This document shows positions 58,735 through 64,000 of a stretch of 64,000 nt of DNA, in pieces (the first letter of the stretch is position 1; the number at the start of each line of letters is the position of its first letter). Position numbers and translations under genes: made by a program. The notes below the pieces were generated by a model that was not told where the DNA came from, searched no databases, and was given only the letters and a program-made list of their open reading frames with translations. This DNA comes from a virus: the IMG/VR virus record IMGVR_UViG_3300002835_000148; one strand, written 5' to 3'.

Positions 58735-59577
58735 CTACTTGCTAGACTTAGCCTTGAGCGCGTCGCCCGCTTTGCGGGTTTCCTGTTCGCTTTGTATCAA
58801 AGCATTTTTTAAGTCCACGTACTTTATGCCTAGGATTCCCGCAGTGTTTTTAATGTACTCGACTGTCAAGGGGTGCCGTTGAAATTGCAATAGTATCGTG
58901 TACCAATGCTCCAGCTCTGATAGCGCGTCCGTGTCGTCTGTTTTGCTTACTATTTTGGATAGTGTTGCGTCCGCATCTTGCACTTGTTTTGGTGGGACTT
59001 TACCCGCTGGAGCTGGAGCTGGAGCTGGAGCTGGAGCTGGAGCTGGAGCTGGAGCTGGAGCTGGAGCTGGAGCTGGAGCTGGAGCTGGAGCTGGAGCTGG
59101 AGCTGGAGCTTTATCCGCTGATGCCGGAGCTTTATCCGCTGATGCCGGAGCTTTATCCGCTGATGCCGGAGCTGATGCCTTGCTAACAGCCCTATTGATC
59201 GTTTTGCCGTCCCAGCCTATCCACGCTTTTGCCGTTTTTAGCCTATGCGGGTTTAAGTCCGTTGGGATTATTCGCTCTTGAAAGGCAAATTTAAGAGTAG
59301 TCATGAGCGCGTCGGGGTTGCTGTAGTTACTCGCAACCACGGCAACCCGTAGTTGCTTCTTGATGCTGTCCCATGGCTTAGCGCCATACTTCTCTAGCAG
59401 GGAAACAAGAGCGGCTCTTGTTTCCTTTTGCAATTTAGCAGTTGTCTGAAGTTCGTCATTAAGTTCGCCTATCCTTTTGGCGTAATGCACATAGCCTAAT
59501 GTGTGCTTGACTAGGTTTATCGAATCAACGGCAAAAGTATCCACATTGTCATTTGCTTTGTTTGCTTGCTTGCTCAT
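58735..59577 (-). CDS. first early protein with (Pro-Ala)n linker
   Basis: 280 aa. Contains 3x ADKAPAS then about 17x PA. Helical-looking N- and C-terminal domains. Confidence 0.65.
   Translation of the reverse strand: MSKQANKANDNVDTFAVDSINLVKHTLGYVHYAKRIGELNDELQTTAKLQKETRAALVSLLEKYGAKPWDSIKKQLRVAVVASNYSNPDALMTTLKFAFQERIIPTDLNPHRLKTAKAWIGWDGKTINRAVSKASAPASADKAPASADKAPASADKAPAPAPAPAPAPAPAPAPAPAPAPAPAPAPAPAPAGKVPPKQVQDADATLSKIVSKTDDTDALSELEHWYTILLQFQRHPLTVEYIKNTAGILGIKYVDLKNALIQSEQETRKAGDALKAKSSK
59006..59170. repeat. tandem repeats: (GCTGGA)x17 then a 21-nt unit x3
   Basis: Perfect hexamer tract at 59006..59107. GCTTTATCCGCTGATGCCGGA x3 at 59108..59170. Confidence 0.9.
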
Positions 59578-59631
59578 GTCATTCTCTCATAAGTGATTGA
59601 TTTACCACGGCAGGGCTGCCGCTTGCCGTCT

Positions 59632-59659
59632 ATTATACAGAGTCTGTCAATCTGTACAA
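59632..59659 (-). promoter_or_regulatory. candidate sigma70 promoter (proximal)
   Basis: Minus strand TTGTAC, 16 nt spacer, TATAAT, preceded by a T-rich stretch. Lies about 55 nt upstream of ATG 59577. Confidence 0.4.
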
Positions 59660-59685
59660 CAAAAATTAAACACGAAAAAACAAGG

Positions 59686-59709
59686 GAAACTTATACGCGT
59701 ATAAGTTTC
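59686..59709. repeat. early-arm palindrome copy 8 (variant)
   Basis: Perfect 24-nt palindrome GAAACTTATACGCGTATAAGTTTC between the two candidate promoters. The minus strand continues CCTTGTTTTTT. Confidence 0.9.
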
Positions 59710-59741
59710 GGCCCTGTAATGGCACGGTATATATAAGGTAT

Positions 59742-59770
59742 ATTATAACACAAAACGCTAACAAAATCAA
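59742..59770 (-). promoter_or_regulatory. sigma70-type early promoter (distal)
   Basis: Minus strand TTGATT (59770-59765), 17 nt spacer, TATAAT (59747-59742). Confidence 0.6.
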
Positions 59771-59793
59771 GGACTTACAGAATATAGGCTATC

Positions 59794-59850
59794 GTTGTCC
59801 GCTTTTTGTCCAGGGTATTCGTTGTTGTTGTCCGTTTTTTGTCCAGGGTA
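59794..59850. repeat. two 24-nt direct repeats, 33-bp period
   Basis: GTTGTCCG(C/T)TTTTTGTCCAGGGTA at 59794-59817 and 59827-59850. Each contains two TTGTCC half-sites. Confidence 0.85.
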
Positions 59851-60018
59851 GGGAACTAGCTTGCTTGATTTTGACCCCACCCCACCCCGCACCCCCCGCG
59901 CAGCGATGGGACTCCGTACGTAAATATAGACTATATTCTTGACAGTTACAGACCAAAATTATTGCATGTTTGGTTAAGATGTGTTTTAATACACCCTCTC
60001 ATCTACGGAGGTAGCACC

Positions 60019-60555
60019 ATGCGAGCCAGCAAATACAAAAAAATTTCCCAGCAACAGTTACATGACATGTTTGATTACGACACAGAGACCGGATATTTAA
60101 CCAGAAAAGTAAAAGGAAACACCCAGCGTGTAGGGAGCCGAGCAGGAACACTGTACTATGCGAAAGGGAATCTTACGGGGCGGGTGATAGGCATAGACAA
60201 AGAGCGCTACGCCGCGCATGTACTAATATGGTTGTATGTGTACGGAATAGTGCCTGAGTGTCAAATAGACCATATAGACCAAAATCCAGACAACAACTCC
60301 TTAAGAAACTTACGCCTAGCGCCAAACAACCAAATGGATCAATGCCAAAACAAAAGGCCCAGCAGGAAAAACAAGCTAGGTGTCATTGGGGTCAGGTACG
60401 ATGCAGAACGGCGGCGCTACTACGCTACTATCACTGCATACAAAAAACATTATTTTTTAGGAGGGTATGCAACGCTAGAAGAAGCTGCCGCTGCGCGTAA
60501 AAAAGCGGAAGTAGTGCTACACCCTTTTTCTACAAAAACACCCCCCACTGCTTAA
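60019..60555 (+). CDS. HNH endonuclease with AP2-like DNA-binding domain
   Basis: 178 aa from an ATG with GGAGG 7 nt upstream (ORF-track TTG 59962). Contains CQIDHIDQNPDNNSLRNLR and GVRYDAERRRYYATI..GGYATLEEAAAARKKAE. Confidence 0.75.
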   Translation: MRASKYKKISQQQLHDMFDYDTETGYLTRKVKGNTQRVGSRAGTLYYAKGNLTGRVIGIDKERYAAHVLIWLYVYGIVPECQIDHIDQNPDNNSLRNLRLAPNNQMDQCQNKRPSRKNKLGVIGVRYDAERRRYYATITAYKKHYFLGGYATLEEAAAARKKAEVVLHPFSTKTPPTA

Positions 60556-60600
60556 AAAACAGCCCCAAAAAATTTTTCATATAAAAAATTTACAACCCTA

Positions 60601-60629
60601 TTGACATTGGACTTTACCCGCGCTACTCT
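60601..60629 (+). promoter_or_regulatory. candidate sigma70 promoter for packaging operon
   Basis: TTGACA, 17 nt spacer, TACTCT, preceded by an A/T-rich UP-like tract. ATG 60660 lies downstream. Confidence 0.4.
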
Positions 60630-60659
60630 CCGATTTCTGGTTTTATACCTGCTTATGCT

Positions 60660-61169
60660 ATGGATGACCTAGCCGATACTCTGTACGATTTTCCTATTAT
60701 TGTCCCTGTAGAGGGGATGCCTGACCCTGCATTGTTCCTTGAGGACGAGACTCGCCCGCTTAAAAGGGCGGAGAGTGCATGGATAAAGACGGCTATAGAG
60801 GAGATAAAGGCGTCACCAGAAAAGCAGGAAGTAATAATTCATTCCGCTCCCAGTGCCCCTGCACTGAAGTCTCTTCAAAATGCCCTGCAAAGATACGAAG
60901 GCGCAATGCCTGTCACAAAGGAGCAGTGGCAGAACTTTGTGATGAAGAAATACTTCGAGCAGGCAAACGACATAGACCCAAAAGTATCAAAGCCCGCCCT
61001 AGATGCACTAGCAAAGACCTCAATGGTTGGACTGCATAGCGATGTGCAGGAAATAAACATCAACAACCGCACAACACTCGAAATAGAAGCCGAGCTATTA
61101 CAGACTATCCAGAAGCTAACAAACAAGGCTGAGGAGAAGGTGATAGAAGGAGAGTGGGAAGATGAGTGA
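60660..61169 (+). CDS. hypothetical protein (small terminase candidate by position)
   Basis: 169 aa. Overlaps the terL start by 8 nt. No motif recognised. Confidence 0.35.
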   Translation: MDDLADTLYDFPIIVPVEGMPDPALFLEDETRPLKRAESAWIKTAIEEIKASPEKQEVIIHSAPSAPALKSLQNALQRYEGAMPVTKEQWQNFVMKKYFEQANDIDPKVSKPALDALAKTSMVGLHSDVQEININNRTTLEIEAELLQTIQKLTNKAEEKVIEGEWEDE

Positions 61170-62727
61170 TGCGGAGAATGGCGAAGCAGCCGAGGAGAAT
61201 AGCAAAGCCACCGGGGAGATAACCCCAGAGGTGCTTCAAAAGGCGCTGCTACGTGCCAGCCCAGCGGATAGGATTAAGATAGAAAAGCTCGTAGGTGAGC
61301 TTACTAGAAGGAAAAAGAGAGAGGATGCACAGGAGGATTTTCTGTCTTTCGTGCGATCTCAGTGGCCTGACTTCATATCCGGTGCTCATCACCGTAGAAT
61401 CGCTAAGTTGTTCGAGGCAGTAGCTAAGGGAGAAAAGCGCCGAATCATTATCAACCTAGCGCCACGACATACAAAATCAGAGTTTGCGTCGTTTCTGTTC
61501 CCTGCATGGTTCTTGGGCAAGTATCCAAAGAAGAAGATAATGCAGATCAGCAACACGGCTGAGCTGGCAGAAGGCTTTGGTAGAAAGGTGCGAAACCTGC
61601 TGGAAACAGAGGAATACAGAGAGATTTTCCCCGATGTCGAACTCAGATCAGACTCAAAAGCGGCAGGACGATGGAATACCAACTACGGTGGCGACTACTA
61701 TGCTACAGGCGTTGGGGCTGCTCTTGCTGGTCGCGGTGCTGACGTTGTGGTTATTGACGACCCACATACAGAAAATGAAGCACTCCAAGCGCAATTTAAC
61801 CCCGGAATATATGATAAGGTATATGAGTGGTTCACTACAGGCCCACGGCAGCGACTCCAACCGGGCGGGGCGATAATCGTTGTTCAGACTCGATGGAGTC
61901 TCCGCGATCTTACAGGGCAGATTCTTGAAACAGCCAGCCAGCGAGAGGGTGCAGATCAGTGGGAGGTGTTTGAGTTTCCCGCCATCCTGCCGTCTGGCAA
62001 TCCACTATGGCCTGAGTATTGGTCAAAAGAGATGCTGGAGGCCATCCGTGCAGAACTCCCGACAGGTAAATGGCAGGCGCAGTACCAACAAGACCCAACA
62101 AGTGACGAAAACGCTATAATAAAGCGAGCAGACTGGCAAATGTGGGATAGAGAAGACCCGCCCAGTGTTAGTTACATTATTATGGCTATGGACACCGCGT
62201 TTGAAGCTAAAAAGAGTGCTGACTACAGTGCTGCGGTGTTTTTTGGCGTGTGGGATAACCCTGAAGATGGCGACCAGCCTAACCTGATTCTGCTTAATGC
62301 GTGGCGAGAAAAGCTGGAGTTTCCTGAATTGAAGGCCCGCACGCTGGAGCTGTACAAGGAATGGGAGCCAGATAGCGTCATTATTGAGAAAAAGGCCAGC
62401 GGTGCTCCGCTGATAGCCGAGCTGCGTAGAACGGGCATACCAGTGCAGGAGTACACACCCTCTAGGGGTAATGACAAGATAACAAGACTTAACGCAATCT
62501 CAGATATTTTTGCATCAGGTAAAGTATGGGCACCGAACAAGCGCTGGGCAGACGAGCTGATAGATGAAGTCGCATCCTTCCCGTCCGGTCGTTACGATGA
62601 CTTTGTGGATTGCGTTTCTCTTGCTCTGTCTAGGTTTCGTGCTGGCGGATTCGTTGGAACGCAGCATGATAAGAATGATTACGAAGACGAATGGATGTAC
62701 AAAAGTAGACGAGCAGCCTACTACTAA
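61162..62727 (+). CDS. terL: terminase large subunit
   Basis: 521 aa. ATPase part includes NLAPRHTKSE and VVVIDDPH. The C-terminal nuclease part includes the YDDFVDCVSLAL motif. Confidence 0.88.
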   Translation: MSDAENGEAAEENSKATGEITPEVLQKALLRASPADRIKIEKLVGELTRRKKREDAQEDFLSFVRSQWPDFISGAHHRRIAKLFEAVAKGEKRRIIINLAPRHTKSEFASFLFPAWFLGKYPKKKIMQISNTAELAEGFGRKVRNLLETEEYREIFPDVELRSDSKAAGRWNTNYGGDYYATGVGAALAGRGADVVVIDDPHTENEALQAQFNPGIYDKVYEWFTTGPRQRLQPGGAIIVVQTRWSLRDLTGQILETASQREGADQWEVFEFPAILPSGNPLWPEYWSKEMLEAIRAELPTGKWQAQYQQDPTSDENAIIKRADWQMWDREDPPSVSYIIMAMDTAFEAKKSADYSAAVFFGVWDNPEDGDQPNLILLNAWREKLEFPELKARTLELYKEWEPDSVIIEKKASGAPLIAELRRTGIPVQEYTPSRGNDKITRLNAISDIFASGKVWAPNKRWADELIDEVASFPSGRYDDFVDCVSLALSRFRAGGFVGTQHDKNDYEDEWMYKSRRAAYY

Positions 62728-62753
62728 AGCAAAAACACACAAGAAAACAAACG

Positions 62754-63161
62754 ATGAGGAAACAACGAATGACACTAGAAGAGTTTGAAGCGATCTTCAA
62801 AGAAAGAGATGAAGCGAAGTCCCCAGATGAGTTGCACGCACAGGTAGTGCGAACCAAACTCCAGAATAACCTGAGCGATCTAGCGAAACTATACAACCCA
62901 CCAAAGCAAAAAACTCAAGAACAGAACACTCAAGAACAAAAAACCCACGCTCGGCAGGTAGGCGGCGACCACTACAAAACCAAATCCATTCAGCCGTGGG
63001 ATGTGATAGATACGCTGCCTCATGCCGAAGCTATCGGATTTTACAGGGGAAATGCTATAAAATACCTCATGCGAGCAGGAGCTAAGACTGATAATCCAGC
63101 GCGACAGGATTACGAGAAGGCACTGCATTACATTGAGAAGTTGCTAGATACCCTACGGTAG
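62754..63161 (+). CDS. DUF3310-like protein
   Basis: 135 aa. Sequence GGDHYKTKSIQPWDVID..FYRGNAIKYLMRAGAK..DYEKALHYIEKL. Confidence 0.6.
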   Translation: MRKQRMTLEEFEAIFKERDEAKSPDELHAQVVRTKLQNNLSDLAKLYNPPKQKTQEQNTQEQKTHARQVGGDHYKTKSIQPWDVIDTLPHAEAIGFYRGNAIKYLMRAGAKTDNPARQDYEKALHYIEKLLDTLR

Positions 63162-63198
63162 CACCCACAAAAGCCTCCCACGAACACAGGAACCCCAC

Positions 63199-64000
63199 AT
63201 GCCCATAGAACGCGCTCCCCAGCAAAGCCCCCTACAGGGTTACATAGAAGAGAACCTCCGTGCTCAAAGCCCACTGCTGAGTGAGAGCGAAGAAGAGCCT
63301 GTAGAGATTATTCTTGGGCCTGAAGACGGTGAGGAGGTATTTTCCATAGAAACTACAGAAATCGAAGCGCCTAGCTTTGATGCTAACCTCGCTGAGTTTA
63401 TGGATGAGTCAGAGCTTGCAGCCCTGTCTGCGGATTTGCTTGATGATTTTAGTAACGACAAGGCAGCGCGTAGAGAGTGGGAAGAGACCTATGTAGACGG
63501 GCTGGACTTGCTTGGGTTGAAGCTGGAAGAAAGGACTGAGCCTTGGAACGGAGCGTGTGGAGTATTCCACCCCATGCTGACAGAAGCGGCTATTCGGTTC
63601 CAGAGCGAGATGATCTCAGAGACATTCCCAGCACAAGGGCCAGTCAAGGCGCGGATCATTGGTAAAACGGATAAAGAGACAGAGCAGGCGGCGGCGCGAG
63701 TCGTTGCAGATATGAACTATCAGCTCACTGAGCAGATGCAGGAGTTTCGGCCAGAGCATGAAAAGATGTTGTGGTCACTGTCTCTCTCGGGCGCTGCGTT
63801 CAAGAAGGTGTATTTTGACCCGACACTGAACCGCCCTACGTCGATGTTTGTGCCAGCGGAGGACATCTACCTGCCCTACGGGTCTAGCAGTGCTAACACT
63901 GCTGAGCGCATCACTCACAGCATGCGGAAGACCAAGAACGAGGTTAAGAAGCTACAGCACAGTGGGTTCTACCGCGACATAGACTTGAACGAGCCGACGA
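63199..64000 (+). CDS. portal protein, 3'-truncated at window edge
   Basis: ATG 63199. Frame stays open to nt 64000, so it is absent from the ORF track. Follows terL. Acidic N-terminus then EWEETYVDGLDLLG..PWNGACGVFHPML. Confidence 0.7.
   Translation, partial: MPIERAPQQSPLQGYIEENLRAQSPLLSESEEEPVEIILGPEDGEEVFSIETTEIEAPSFDANLAEFMDESELAALSADLLDDFSNDKAARREWEETYVDGLDLLGLKLEERTEPWNGACGVFHPMLTEAAIRFQSEMISETFPAQGPVKARIIGKTDKETEQAAARVVADMNYQLTEQMQEFRPEHEKMLWSLSLSGAAFKKVYFDPTLNRPTSMFVPAEDIYLPYGSSSANTAERITHSMRKTKNEVKKLQHSGFYRDIDLNEPT

Noticed and set aside
58255-58812. ORFs 58255..58476 (minus) and 58300..58812 (plus) in the non-coding island
   Set aside because: Their peptides mirror each other (YSIKEKRE versus YSIKEERE) because both read the same long inverted repeat. 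They also run through palindrome copies and a terminator. I treat the region as non-coding.
58898-59281. Plus-strand ORFs giving (GA)n and (LE)n peptides
   Set aside because: These are artefacts of the (GCTGGA)n microsatellite. The minus-strand frame is part of a complete 280-aa gene with proper start and stop and a terminator.
51281-59709. Palindromic repeats as a CRISPR array
   Set aside because: Spacing is irregular (about 100 nt to more than 2 kb). The copies sit in gene leaders. There is no leader or cas operon. The Cas4-like nuclease at 39165..39845 is a stand-alone RecB-family enzyme in a replication module.
59939-59990. Plus-strand promoter for the HNH gene (TTGACA at 59939; TTGCAT-17-TTTAAT at 59962..59990)
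   Set aside because: TTGACA has no acceptable -10 at 16-18 nt. The second candidate is weak and overlaps the ORF-track TTG start. The evidence is not strong enough to annotate.
1-64000. Window as a closed circle (portal at the right edge continuing into the ORF at the left edge)
   Set aside because: The portal frame at nt 64000 would continue in the frame starting at nt 3, whereas the left-edge ORF is in the frame of nt 2. The left-edge protein also looks scaffold-like rather than portal-like. The two ends are therefore not directly contiguous.

Overview
The window is almost entirely one lytic, podovirus-like dsDNA phage genome segment. I saw no integrase, repressor, rRNA, tRNA or CRISPR array. 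All calls are read by eye from the sequence and ORF track with no database search, so family names are from memory and hand-derived coordinates may be off by 1-2 nt. There are two arms. The plus-strand late arm (2..31589 and 60019..64000) holds terminase, portal, capsid, several fibres, an M15 endolysin with a holin-like gene, Gly/Ala/Gln-rich internal proteins and a 2631-aa polyvalent virion protein. The minus-strand early/replication arm (31702..59577) holds an AEP primase-SF3 helicase, an SSB-like protein, an SNF2 helicase, a Cas4-like nuclease, a family A DNA polymerase, VRR-NUC, ThyX, MazG, an AAA+/VWA pair and many small ORFs. It is transcribed from near-consensus sigma70 promoters starting in a divergent control region at 59.6-60.0 kb. 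Main observations: (1) The SNF2 helicase and the DNA polymerase each carry a related intein. The segment between the splicing domains encodes a homing-endonuclease-like protein in a different reading frame on the same strand, while the host frame stays stop-free (dual-coding inteins). A third paralogue is free-standing next to the polymerase. (2) Five small glycine-rich genes form a tandem array joined by an identical 14-nt stop/start overlap. (3) A 23-25 nt palindrome occurs 8 times, only in early-arm non-coding spacers and mostly 15-19 nt before start codons. (4) Early promoters are each followed at the predicted start site by a stem-loop. (5) A 660-bp non-coding island contains a ~130-bp inverted repeat and GGATT repeats. 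(6) One fibre protein carries a glycerophosphodiester phosphodiesterase domain. (7) A short x-x-G-G-hydrophobic motif recurs across many virion-module proteins.
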